Shown here: one piece after another, positions 9,586 to 18,623 of the stretch
Numbering within the stretch: position 1 is the first letter of the stretch
Layout: each line of letters begins with the position of its first letter
DNA from: an uncultured Actinomycetes bacterium
GTDB lineage: Bacteria > Actinomycetota > UBA4738 > HRBIN12
Assembly: GCA_963797635.1 (NCBI GenBank)
Contig: CAWCPZ010000010.1
Location: 204,909-268,908, forward strand
Length of the DNA stretch: 64,000 bases
Direction: 5' to 3'
Program-made: the position numbers and the translations under genes
The notes under the pieces: model-generated
The model's database searches: none
Seen by the model: the letters and a program-made list of their open reading frames with translations, nothing else
What the model was told of the DNA's origin: nothing

Positions 9586-10017
9586 ATGAGCGTTCCGGCC
9601 AAGATCAACATCGTCACCCTGGGGGTCGCCGACATCGAACGGGCGGCCGCGTTCTACTCCGCGCTGGGGTGGGAACGATGCGCTTCCGGTGGTGACGAGA
9701 TCACCTGGTTCCGCACCAACGGCGCCTACCTGGGGTTGTTCGGCTACGCCTCGCTGGCGGCCGACGCCGACCTGCCTCCGGAGCCTCGCGCGCCGTTCGG
9801 CGGCATCACGCTGGCGATCAACGTCGAGGCCGAGCAGGCCGTCACCGACGCGCTCGATGCCGCGGTCGCCGCGGGCGGCACGCTGCTGAAGGCCGCCGAA
9901 CGCATGGACTGGGGCGGGTTCTCCGGCTACTTCGCCGATCCCGACGGGCATCCGTGGGAGGTCGCCTTCAACCCGTTCTTCCCGATCGGGGCCGACGGGT
10001 CGATCACGATCGACTGA
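9586..10017 (+). CDS. VOC (glyoxalase/bleomycin-resistance/dioxygenase) family protein
   Basis: Start is the internal ATG (MSVPAKINIVTLGVADIERAAAFYSALGWE...). The beta-alpha-beta-beta-beta module pattern matches the VOC fold. Confidence 0.75.
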   Translation: MSVPAKINIVTLGVADIERAAAFYSALGWERCASGGDEITWFRTNGAYLGLFGYASLAADADLPPEPRAPFGGITLAINVEAEQAVTDALDAAVAAGGTLLKAAERMDWGGFSGYFADPDGHPWEVAFNPFFPIGADGSITID

Positions 10018-10020
10018 GCG

Positions 10021-10944
10021 TCAGTACCGGGCGCCTTCGGCGACGGGCAGCGCGTCCAGATCGGCCAGGTCCTCGGGTGAGAGCACGAGGTCGCCGGCGG
10101 CCAGGTTCTCCTCCAGGTAGCGCCGACGCTTCGTGCCGGGGATCGGCAGCACGTGCTCGCCCTGGGCCAACGTCCACGCGAGCGCGACCTGCGCGGGCGT
10201 GGCGCCCACGCGTTCGGCCACCTCGCGAACCCGCGCCACGATGGCCTGGTTCGCGTCGACCGCCTCGGCGGTGAAGCGCGGATTGTTCGACCGGAAGTCG
10301 GACTCGTCGAAGCTCGCCGCCGAGATCGCCCCCGTGAGGAACCCGCGCCCCAGCGGGGAGAACGGCACGAACCGGGCGCCGTGCTCGGCGCACCAGGGCA
10401 CGATGTCCGCGAGCGGATCGCGCGTCCACAGGCTCATCTCCGATTGGATCGCCGCGACCGGATGGATCGCGTGCGCCCGTTCGGCCTCCGCGACCGTGAC
10501 CTCCGAGAGCCCGAGGGCTCGCACCTTGCCGGCGCCGACGAGTTCGGCCATCGCGCCCCAGGTCTCTTCGACGGGGACGTTCGGATCGATGCGGTGGAGG
10601 TAGTAGAGGTCGACCACATCGGTGCGCAGCCGTCGGAGGGAAGCGTCGATCGCCGACCGCACGTGTTGAGGGCTCGCGTCGCGGTCGAGCGGGTAGCCGC
10701 CGTTCGGTCCCACGAGCAGGCCCACCTTGGTGGCCACCTCCACGCGGTCGCGGCGGTCGTGGATGGCCGCGCCGACGAGCTCCTCGTTGGAGAACGGGCC
10801 GTACACATCGGCGGTGTCGAGCATCGGGGCACCCAGGTCGATGGCGCGGTGGATCACGTCGACCGGGTCATCGTCGGCCTCGGCATCGACGTAGCCGAAG
10901 CTCATCGGCATGCACCCCAGCCCGATCCTGGCGGTTCCTCCCAT
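10021..10944 (-). CDS. aldo/keto reductase
   Basis: 307 aa with AKR signatures (DTADVYG, ...LYYLHRID..., GLSEV..., IPGTKRRRYLEEN). Confidence 0.9.
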   Translation of the reverse strand: MGGTARIGLGCMPMSFGYVDAEADDDPVDVIHRAIDLGAPMLDTADVYGPFSNEELVGAAIHDRRDRVEVATKVGLLVGPNGGYPLDRDASPQHVRSAIDASLRRLRTDVVDLYYLHRIDPNVPVEETWGAMAELVGAGKVRALGLSEVTVAEAERAHAIHPVAAIQSEMSLWTRDPLADIVPWCAEHGARFVPFSPLGRGFLTGAISAASFDESDFRSNNPRFTAEAVDANQAIVARVREVAERVGATPAQVALAWTLAQGEHVLPIPGTKRRRYLEENLAAGDLVLSPEDLADLDALPVAEGARY

Positions 10945-11093
10945 GCATGCACCCTATCGCCGCCTCCACGAAGCGCCGCTGTAGTCCGGTCGGGGGGACC
11001 CCGTCCGGCCCAACGCGACTCGGCCCATCGGCCTTGGGGTTTGGGCTGTGCGCCCGATGTGTGCCGGTGTCCTCCGATGGGAAGGTCGACACG

Positions 11094-12179
11094 ATGGTCT
11101 TGGGTGAGGGGGAGCCGGTCGTTGACGTCGTTCGCGGCGTCGTGTCGCTGCCCGACCTGCCCGCTCCCGCCCTCACCGATCATCTCCCCGAAGGCCCCTC
11201 ATGGCGCTATGAACCGGACTGGGACGGACTGCGCGTCGTGGTGCACCGGCGTGCGGGGCACACCGTGTTGGTGTCCGACCGGGGGAAGGCGATGGACCGC
11301 TACTTCCCCGAGGTGGTGCGGCACGCGTCACGCCTTCCCCTCGACTGCACGGTGCGCGGTTCGATCGTGGTGGTTCGGCGGTCCGGGTTCTCCTTCGATC
11401 GTCTGCGGTTGCGGATCCACCCCTCGGAGGCGCGGGTCGCCGAACTCACCGAGCGCTGGCCCGCCACGCTCGTGCTGACCGACCTGCTGTCGCGCGACAC
11501 CTGGGATCTGCGGCCGTGCGACCTCTCGGCGCGGCGCTTGCTGCTGGTCTCGATCGCGGAGGATTCGGACATCCCCGCGGCCTCGGCCGACCTCGGCCAG
11601 CTGGCAGCCGGCACGCCGGTCGTCGTGACGCCGCACACGCCGTTCGTCAGTTTCGCGATCCGGTGGCTCGAGGACCGGGACGAATCCGGGCGCGACGGCG
11701 TGATCGCGCGAGCGATGGACGGGGTCACGATGGTGCGGGTGCCCAGGCTCCGAACGGCGACCTGCGTGGTGACCGGGATCCGGCGCGAAGGCTCCGGCCC
11801 GCCGCACGCCTTGCGCCTGGGGCTCTACGACGGCGATGCCCTGGTCGACGTGGGGCGGACCACGTCGCTCCGTGGGTCGAGGGAGCGGCGCGGAGCGGCG
11901 CTCGCGCTCGCAGGTCTCGAGCGTGACACCCGGGCCGTGAACGGATGGATCGACGTCCGCCCCGAGATGGCCTGCGAGGTGACGTTCGCACGGCTGCGCG
12001 GGCGACGGTTCCGATCGGCGGCGCGGTTCATGCGGTGGCTGCCGGCGATGGATCCGCAACGATGCACGCTGCAGCAGTTCGACGCGATGGCACCGCCTCC
12101 GCCGGCAGCCCGCCGACGATCACGACGTGATCCGCCTCGACGTCTGAGGCTCGCCGTCAGCGCACCACCTTCGTGTTGA
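11094..12179 (+). CDS. ATP-dependent DNA ligase (LigC-like) homolog lacking the catalytic lysines (predicted inactive)
   Basis: Start at the ATG 11094 (MVLGEGEP...). It aligns along its full length to the LigC-type adenylation and OB domains. Motif I reads YEPDWDGLR (D where the adenylated K should be), motif III reads DCTVRGSIVVV (not DGExV), motif IV reads DGVIAR (K to R), and motif V reads MVRVPR (KxK to RxP). The C-terminal ...FRSAARFMRWLPAMDPQRCT is retained. Confidence 0.7.
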   Translation: MVLGEGEPVVDVVRGVVSLPDLPAPALTDHLPEGPSWRYEPDWDGLRVVVHRRAGHTVLVSDRGKAMDRYFPEVVRHASRLPLDCTVRGSIVVVRRSGFSFDRLRLRIHPSEARVAELTERWPATLVLTDLLSRDTWDLRPCDLSARRLLLVSIAEDSDIPAASADLGQLAAGTPVVVTPHTPFVSFAIRWLEDRDESGRDGVIARAMDGVTMVRVPRLRTATCVVTGIRREGSGPPHALRLGLYDGDALVDVGRTTSLRGSRERRGAALALAGLERDTRAVNGWIDVRPEMACEVTFARLRGRRFRSAARFMRWLPAMDPQRCTLQQFDAMAPPPPAARRRSRRDPPRRLRLAVSAPPSC

Positions 12180-12835
12180 ACATCGCGGTGTCCAACGCGC
12201 CCAACTCGCGGAGCCAGATCAGGAGATGAGCCTCCATGGCGCGAGCCGCGGTGATGTCGCCCAGATCGAGGATGTCCCGCCACCCGAAGGACTCCAGGAT
12301 CGCGGTGACCTCGGCCTTGGCGTCGGCGTCGTTGCCGCACAGCGGGATCGTGTGGTCGCCGCCGGCGAGGGCGCCCGGGTCGGTCATCAGCGCCGCCGTC
12401 ATCGTGTTCCACACCTTCACGAATCGAGCCTGCGGGAAGGGCGGCCTGCAACCGTTCGCCGAGCGAATCGGTGTTGGCGACGAACAAGCTGGGCGGCCAA
12501 CCCGACGCGTGGTCGATCGGGTTGGACGCGTCGAGCACGATCGTCCCGGTGAGGTGCTCGCCCCCGGCGCTCAGCGCGGCCTCGGAGCCTTCACCGTCGG
12601 TGGCGTTCACGACGATCTCGCCGTGGGCCATCGCGTCGGCCTGGGTCGTGAGCCCGATCTCCGGGTGCTCCGCCTTCCACTGCGCGAACGGTGGGTTCCC
12701 CATGGCGTCGCCCTCGGTGCGCGCCATCAACGCCTCGACGTCGCGCGTCCCGATCACGACGTCATGGCCTTTCTGGGTGAAGCCCTGCGCCAAGGTCCGT
12801 CCGACGGTTCCCGTGCCCACGATGCCGACCTGCAT
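12157..12835 (-). CDS. NADPH-dependent F420 reductase-like NAD(P)-binding oxidoreductase; frameshifted near 12425
   Basis: The N-terminal part (MQVGIVGTGTVGRTLAQGFTQKGHDVVIGTRD...) and the C-terminal part (MKVWNTMTAALMTDPGALAGGDHTIPLCGNDADAKAEV...) are in adjacent frames. Deleting one C in CTTCCCGCA restores ...QAALPQARFVKVWNTM. Confidence 0.65.
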
Positions 12836-12959
12836 CTGCCGCTCCCTTCGTCGTGGCACCATCTTGGGACATGCCCCACGTTCCGACTCCCGGGCCCGTC
12901 GCGCACCTGTCGTGGATCGAGGGGTGACCTTCCCGCCCGTCTCGCGCTACGGTTCACCC

Positions 12960-13370
12960 ATGACGGCGAAAGGAAGCGGCACGCCGGAAGACCCGTGGGT
13001 GTTGCAGACGCCCAGCCTCCAGTCGGAGTACCTGATGGCTCGGGCGCCGGACGCGGATCCGCCGGCGCTGATCTGCACGGTCGGCAAGACCGAACTGCGC
13101 TATCACCTGCGGGCGATCGAGGACCTGCACGCGATGTTGGTGGCCCACGGCGACTGGATGCCGCTGGGCAACGCCGACGAGCAGAAGCCCGCGAAGGACG
13201 GCACGGTCGAAGCATGGGCTCGCTCGACCGACAACCCGGTGGGCGGGTGGTACGGATTGAAGAAAGGGTTGCGCGGGCGCTTCGGCAACTACGTGCCGCC
13301 GGTGCTCGAGGTGCTGGGTCTCGCCGAGGTGGAGCACAACCCCCGCAACAACCGGATGCGCGCTATCTGA
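12960..13370 (+). CDS. conserved actinobacterial hypothetical protein
   Basis: Start at ATG 12960 (MTAKGSGTPEDPWVLQTPSLQSEYLMARAPDADPPALI...NPVGGWYGLKKGLRGRFGNYVPPVLEVLGLAEVEHNPRNNRMRAI). The upstream part of track ORF 12471..13370 is antisense to the reductase gene. Confidence 0.55.
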   Translation: MTAKGSGTPEDPWVLQTPSLQSEYLMARAPDADPPALICTVGKTELRYHLRAIEDLHAMLVAHGDWMPLGNADEQKPAKDGTVEAWARSTDNPVGGWYGLKKGLRGRFGNYVPPVLEVLGLAEVEHNPRNNRMRAI

Positions 13371-13464
13371 CTGCGCACAGTTGTGTGCGACCTGACGGCG
13401 CACCGTCGTGGGCGACCTGACATAGGCTGATCGCAGCCCGTGTTCCCCGAAGGAAGGACGCCCC

Positions 13465-13767
13465 ATGACCACCGTCGGACTCCTCGTTCGCCTCAAAGCC
13501 AAGGAAGGCAAGGAGCGGGAGGTGCAGCGGTTCCTCGAGTCCGGGCGCACCCTCGTCGAGGCCGAACCCGCCACCACCGCCTGGTTCGCGATCAAGCTGG
13601 GGCCGTCGGAGTTCGGGATCTTCGACGCCTTCCCGGACGATGCCGGACGCCAGGCCCACCTCGCCGGTCGCGTCGCCGAGGCGCTCATGGCCCAGGCCGA
13701 CGACCTGCTGTCCGAGCCTCCGGACATCCAGCCGGTCGACGTGCTCACCGAGAAGCTTCCCGGCTGA
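13465..13767 (+). CDS. antibiotic biosynthesis monooxygenase (ABM)/putative quinol monooxygenase family protein
   Basis: 100 aa, starting MTTVGLLVRLKAKEGKEREVQRFLESG...AWFAIK, with a ferredoxin-like ABM pattern. Confidence 0.7.
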   Translation: MTTVGLLVRLKAKEGKEREVQRFLESGRTLVEAEPATTAWFAIKLGPSEFGIFDAFPDDAGRQAHLAGRVAEALMAQADDLLSEPPDIQPVDVLTEKLPG

Positions 13768-13818
13768 CCCGTCGCCGTTCACCACGTAGCCTTCACCCTG
13801 TCCGAACCGAAGGAGGGC

Positions 13819-14295
13819 GTGATGCGGTGGTGGGTGGTGCTGCACGTGGTGATCGCGTTCGGGTTCGTCGCCGGCCTCATCGGCCGCGACATCACCCTCG
13901 CGAAGGCGCGTTCCACCGATGACCTGGGCCAGGTGGGGGCGCTCGTCGGCCTGGCGTCGCGGTTCGAGAAGCTGCTCGTGATCCCCGGGTCGTTCGCCGT
14001 GCTGGTAGCGGGCTTGATCGCGATGGTGGCGCAGGGCCGCTCGCTCACCGGCCCACGGAACGGCTGGCTCGTGGTGTCCCTGGTGCTGTTCGTGGCGCTG
14101 TTCGCTTTGGTGCCGACGGTGTTCCTGCCGCGAGGGAAGGTGTTCGATGCGGCGCTCGAGGATGCGACGGCGAAGGGCACGATGACGCCGGAGCTCCAGC
14201 GGGCGTTCGCCGATCCGGTGGTGGCGTTCGCTCGGAACGCCGAGCTGGTCGCGGTGGTCGTGATCATCGCGCTGATGGTGGCCAAGCCGTTCTGA
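13819..14295 (+). CDS. DUF2269 family membrane protein
   Basis: 158 aa with 4 TM helices, starting MMRWWVVLHVVIAFGFVAGLIGRD..., which matches the DUF2269 architecture. Confidence 0.65.
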   Translation: MMRWWVVLHVVIAFGFVAGLIGRDITLAKARSTDDLGQVGALVGLASRFEKLLVIPGSFAVLVAGLIAMVAQGRSLTGPRNGWLVVSLVLFVALFALVPTVFLPRGKVFDAALEDATAKGTMTPELQRAFADPVVAFARNAELVAVVVIIALMVAKPF

Positions 14296-14301
14296 CCTGC
14301 G

Positions 14302-14787
14302 TCACGCCCGGCGGCCGGCGTCGAGGAACCCGTCGTGGTCGTCGCCCAGCAGGAACCGTGGCCCGCTGCCGTTGACGCTCGCGGCGTCCTCGGGGTTGTA
14401 CAGGCGGCAGGTGGCGAGCGACAGGCAGCCGCAGCCGATGCAGCTGGTGAGGTCGTCGCGCAGCGCCTCGAGGTCGGCGATGCGTTCGTCAAGCCCGCGT
14501 CGCCAGGTGCGGGAGAGCTTGGCCCATTGCGCCTTCGTCGGGGCTCGGTCGGGCGGCAGCGTGGCGAGCGCCCCGGCGACATCGTCCAGGGAGAGCCCCA
14601 CACGTTGCGCCGCACGGATGAACGCGAGGCGCCGCAGCGTGTGTCGCGCGAACGCCCGCTGGTTGCCCGGCGTCCTCGTGGACGTGACCAATCCCTCGGC
14701 TTCGTAGAAGCGGATCGCCGAGGTGGCGAGGCCGCTCCGTTCCGCGACCTCACCGATCGCCAGCAGGTCGTCGCGGCCCTTCGTCAT
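14302..14787 (-). CDS. soxR: redox-sensitive transcriptional activator SoxR (MerR family, [2Fe-2S])
   Basis: Start at ATG 14787 (MTKGRDDLLAIGEVAERSGLATSAIRFYEAEGL...), with RBS GGAGGTG. Contains a MerR HTH and the SoxR-specific cluster motif CIGCGCLSLATC. Confidence 0.85.
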   Translation of the reverse strand: MTKGRDDLLAIGEVAERSGLATSAIRFYEAEGLVTSTRTPGNQRAFARHTLRRLAFIRAAQRVGLSLDDVAGALATLPPDRAPTKAQWAKLSRTWRRGLDERIADLEALRDDLTSCIGCGCLSLATCRLYNPEDAASVNGSGPRFLLGDDHDGFLDAGRRA

Positions 14788-14809
14788 CGCGGTCACCTCC
14801 GCGCGGGGC

Positions 14810-14840
14810 TTGACTTCAAGTGAACTTGAAGTTCTAGGGT
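14810..14840 (+). promoter_or_regulatory. SoxR-box promoter: TTGACT-(19 bp spacer containing the palindrome ACTTCAAGTGAACTTGAAGT)-TAGGGT
   Basis: The sequence is ttgacttcaagtgaacttgaagttctagggt. An 18/20 perfect inverted repeat sits between a -35 and a -10 hexamer with the 19-bp MerR-type spacer. It closely resembles the E. coli soxS operator CCTCAAGTTAACTTGAGG. It lies 9 nt upstream of the transketolase ATG and is divergent from soxR. Confidence 0.7.
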
Positions 14841-14848
14841 TCGTCGTC

Positions 14849-15538
14849 ATGGATACCACGACCGATCCCCTGACGCACGTGCGTGCGCTGATGGCGCGGG
14901 CCACCGGCGACGAGAAGCACGACGAGAGCACCACGTCGACCCTCGATGCCCTCTGGGTCCTCTACGACCGGGTCCTGCGCATCGATCCCGCGCATCCGGA
15001 CGCCGAGGATCGGGACCGGTTCATCCTGAGCAAGGGACATGGTCCCGCGTCGCTGTACGCGATCTTGGCGGCGAAGGGGTTCTTCCCGCCCGAGTGGCTC
15101 GACACGTTCCTCGATCACGACGGACGCCTCGGCTCGCACCCGGACCGCATGCAGGTGCCCGGCATCGAGGCTTCGACCGGCTCGCTCGGTCACGGGTTCC
15201 CGATGGCGGTGGGTGTGGCGCAGGCGTTGCGGGCGAAGGGCCGCCCGGACACCCGGGTGGTCGTCCTCACGGGTGATGCCGAGCTCAACGAGGGCTCCAA
15301 CTGGGAAGCCGTGATGCTGGCGCCCAACCTCCGCTTGGGCAACCTCACCTGGCTCATCGTCGACAACCACAGCTCCTCGTGGCCGATGGGACCGTGGGAC
15401 GCCTGGCTGCCCCCGTTCGGATGGGACGTGCGCGTCGTCGACGGTCACGATCACGACGCACTGGCGGCGGCGCTCGGGGTTCGTCACGCGGAACAGCCGG
15501 TGGCGGTCGTCGCGGACATCCCGGAGGGGGAGTGGTGA
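14849..15538 (+). CDS. transketolase, N-terminal (TPP-binding) subunit of a split transketolase
   Basis: Start at ATG 14849 (MDTTTDPLTHVRAL...). Contains ...RFILSKGHGPASLYA..., GSLGHGFPMAVG and GDAELNEGSNWEA. Its stop overlaps the next start (TGATG). Confidence 0.85.
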   Translation: MDTTTDPLTHVRALMARATGDEKHDESTTSTLDALWVLYDRVLRIDPAHPDAEDRDRFILSKGHGPASLYAILAAKGFFPPEWLDTFLDHDGRLGSHPDRMQVPGIEASTGSLGHGFPMAVGVAQALRAKGRPDTRVVVLTGDAELNEGSNWEAVMLAPNLRLGNLTWLIVDNHSSSWPMGPWDAWLPPFGWDVRVVDGHDHDALAAALGVRHAEQPVAVVADIPEGEW

Positions 15539-16415
15539 TGGCCGCCATGCGTGAGGCGTTCGCCGCCACGGCCACCGACCTGCTCGAAGCCGACGAGCGG
15601 GTGGCCATCGTGCTCGCCGACATCAGCGAGACCCTGCTGAGCGCGCGCGATCCGGCACGATCCCCTTCGCGCCGTCAACGTGGGGATCGCCGAGCAGACC
15701 ATGGTGGGCGTCGCGGCCGGGTTCGCCATGGAGGGGTTCCATCCGATCGCGCATTCGCTGTCGCCGTTCATGGCCGAGCGCCCCTACGAGCAATTGAAAC
15801 TCGACTTCGGCTATCAGGGCCTCGGCGGGACCTTCGTGGGCTCGGGCGGCTCCTACGACTACGCCGGAGAAGGCGCGACCCATCATTCGCCGGCGGACGC
15901 GTCGCTGATGCTCGCGATCCCGCGCATGCAGGTGCTGGTGCCGGGTCACGGACGTGAGGTGGACCAACTGCTTCGGGCGGTGGTGGCGAACGGCGAGCCC
16001 ACCTACGTGCGCACGAGCCTGGCGACGAACGACGAACCCCACGACGTGGCACCCGGCCGGCTCGAGGTGATCCGTCGCGGCGACGGACCCACGGTGGTGG
16101 CGTTCGGGCCCGATGCTCACGCGCGCGCTGGAGGCGACCGCCCACCTGGACGCCACGGTGGTGTACGCCACGAGCCTCGAGCCGTTCGACGGTGCGACGC
16201 TCCGCGAGCTCGCCGGAGACGCCCCCGACGTCGTGGTCGTCGAGCCCTGGTACGAGGGCACCGCGGCCGCCGTGATCACGGCCGTGTTCGCCGATGTGGC
16301 GGTTCGCCTGCGGTCCATCGGGGTTCCACGCCGGTTCATCCATCGCTACGGCACGTGGCAGGAGCTCGACGCCTCCTTGGGCATGGACGCCACGGGTATC
16401 CGAGCACGCCTGTGA
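15538..16415 (+). CDS. transketolase, C-terminal (pyrimidine-binding) subunit; two apparent +1 frameshifts (about 15665 and 16112)
   Basis: Three consecutive frames carry MAAMREAFAATATDLLEADERVAIVLADISETLL / VNVGIAEQTMVGVAAGFAMEGFHPIAHSL...PTVVAFGP / MLTRALEATAHLDATVVYATSLEPFDGATL...IGVPRRFIHRYGTWQEL. Deleting one C at each junction (tcccc, gggccc) restores a continuous transketolase C-terminal protein. Confidence 0.7.
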
Positions 16416-16472
16416 CGCAAGCGATCCGGTGACCCTCTCAGGTCGCCGGAGCGGGGCGTCGATGCTCCAAGC

Positions 16473-18515
16473 ATGCAGGAAGCGCAGCGTTCGACCGATG
16501 CCCTCGTGGACCCGGCCCAGCTGTTCGCGGCCGGTCCCGAGGCGCTGCTCGTCGTGCGCGAAGGCCGGATCGCCTGCGCGAACGAACGCGCACTCGATCT
16601 GGTCGGGCGCCCGATCGCCGGTCTCGACCTCCACGAGGTGATCCCCGATTGGCGCGCGGCACCCGACGATGCCGTGCCGTTCGAGGCGATGCTCCGCTGT
16701 GCGGACGGCGAACTCGCGATCGAGGTGCGCGTCCGCGAGCTCGAGGACGGGGTCACGGTGGCGTCGCTGCGAGACGCCCGCGCGCTGATCGCCGGTCGCG
16801 AGGCCGAAGCCGCGCTCGCCGATGCGGAGGAGCGCTATCGCGGCCTCGTGGAACAGATCCCCGCCGTGGTCTACGCCGACGACGGCAACGTCACCACCTA
16901 CGTCAATCCGCAGATCGAGCACATCCTGGGCGTCACGCCGCAGGCCTATCGGGACGATCCGAACATGTGGCTGCGCATGGTGCATCCGGACGACCGGGAG
17001 ACGGTCGAGTCGCAGAGCCAGGCGTTCATCGACGGCGTCGGGGGCGATCTCGCCGACTACCGGATGATCCGTCCCGACGGCGGGATCGTCTGGGTGCGCG
17101 ACCGCGCCTACGCCCACCGCGATGACGACGGCCGCGTGCTGTGGGAGCACGGCATCCTGTTCGACGTCACCGAGCTGAAGGAAGCCGAAGCGCGGATCGC
17201 GCACATGGCGTTCCACGACGGCCTCACCGGGCTCGCCAACCGGGAGCTCTTCGAAGAGACGCTGGCGCTCGCCGTGCAGCGCGCGAAGCGCGACGGGACG
17301 GTGGTCGCCGTCCTGTACCTGGACCTGGACAACTTCAAGCTGGTGAACGACTCGCTCGGCCACCATGCGGGCGACCGGCTGTTGATCCAGCTCGCCGACC
17401 GGCTCAGCGCCTGCACGCGCGACACCGACCTGGTGGCGCGGCAGGGCGGCGACGAGTTCCTCATGCTGCTCGCCGACCTCGGCCACGCCGACTACGTCGA
17501 GGCGATCCGGGCCGTCACCGACCGCGTGTACGAGGCGATGGCCGCGCCGTTCGACCTGGAGGGCACGGAGTTCTTCGCGCGGGGCTCCATCGGCATCAGC
17601 GTGCATCCCCACGACGCGCACGACGTCGAGACCCTGATGCGCAACGCCGACGTCGCGATGTACCGCGCGAAGCGGCTCGATCCCGGCGGCCACGCCTTCT
17701 TCGCCGCCGATGCCGACGACGCGCAGGACCGGTTGTCGTTCGCCACCCGCCTCCGGCAGGCGGTCGAGGACGAGAGCTGGTTGTTGCACTACCAACCGGT
17801 CATCGATCTCGCCGACCGGCGCATCGTGGGCGCCGAGGCGCTGATCCGCTGGGACGACGTCGCGGCCGGCATCGTCCCGCCCGGGGAGTTCATCCCCGTG
17901 GCGGAGGAACTCGGCCTGATCGAAGCGATCGGTGACTGGGTGGTGGACGAGGTCGCGCGGCAGCAACGTCGATGGATCGATGCCGGGCTCCACCTGGAGG
18001 TCTCGTTCAACCTGTCGCCGCGGCAGATGTGGACGCCTCGCCTCGGCGAACGGCTGATCGGCAAGCTCCACGACGCGGGGGTCGACCCTTCGTGCATGCA
18101 GGCCGAGATCACCGAGACCAGCGCGATGGCCGACCCCGAACGGACCCAGCGCATCCTGCGCGAGCTCCACGGGTGCGGTCTCCGGCTCGCGCTCGACGAC
18201 TTCGGCACCGGGTACTCCTCGCTCGCCCGTCTGAAGCACATGCCGGTCGACGTGTTGAAGATCGACCGCGAGTTCGTGCGGCACGTCGACAAGGACGTCC
18301 GATTGGCGGGGATGGTGCGAGCGATGATCCAGGTGGCCCAGAGCCTGGACATGGTGCCGCTCGCCGAAGGCGTCGAGACCGAAGGCGAGTACATCTTCCT
18401 GCGGTCGAACGGCTGTCGCCTGGCGCAGGGTTTCTGGTTCGCCCACCCGATGGCGGCCCGTGACTTCGAGCGGCTGGCCACCTCGGGCGAACCCCTCGGC
18501 CCGTCCACGATCTGA
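16473..18515 (+). CDS. PAS-PAS-GGDEF-EAL diguanylate cyclase/phosphodiesterase
   Basis: 680 aa. GGDEF motif: RQGGDEFLML. EAL motif: EALIRW..., DDFGTGYSSL. Two N-terminal PAS-like segments. Confidence 0.9.
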   Translation: MQEAQRSTDALVDPAQLFAAGPEALLVVREGRIACANERALDLVGRPIAGLDLHEVIPDWRAAPDDAVPFEAMLRCADGELAIEVRVRELEDGVTVASLRDARALIAGREAEAALADAEERYRGLVEQIPAVVYADDGNVTTYVNPQIEHILGVTPQAYRDDPNMWLRMVHPDDRETVESQSQAFIDGVGGDLADYRMIRPDGGIVWVRDRAYAHRDDDGRVLWEHGILFDVTELKEAEARIAHMAFHDGLTGLANRELFEETLALAVQRAKRDGTVVAVLYLDLDNFKLVNDSLGHHAGDRLLIQLADRLSACTRDTDLVARQGGDEFLMLLADLGHADYVEAIRAVTDRVYEAMAAPFDLEGTEFFARGSIGISVHPHDAHDVETLMRNADVAMYRAKRLDPGGHAFFAADADDAQDRLSFATRLRQAVEDESWLLHYQPVIDLADRRIVGAEALIRWDDVAAGIVPPGEFIPVAEELGLIEAIGDWVVDEVARQQRRWIDAGLHLEVSFNLSPRQMWTPRLGERLIGKLHDAGVDPSCMQAEITETSAMADPERTQRILRELHGCGLRLALDDFGTGYSSLARLKHMPVDVLKIDREFVRHVDKDVRLAGMVRAMIQVAQSLDMVPLAEGVETEGEYIFLRSNGCRLAQGFWFAHPMAARDFERLATSGEPLGPSTI

Positions 18516-18623
18516 CCCAACCTGGATCGAGCCGGGGACGCCGGCACCTCGACGTGCGTTGAGCGCGGTGTCCCCGGTGCCTGGGACGATGGCGGGCACC
18601 CACCATCCAAGGAGCGTGATCAC

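Noticed and set aside
18527-18571. Inverted repeat CCGGGGAC...GTCCCCGG after the GGDEF-EAL gene
   Set aside because: The stem is 8 bp but the loop is about 29 nt. It is unlikely to be a stable intrinsic terminator.
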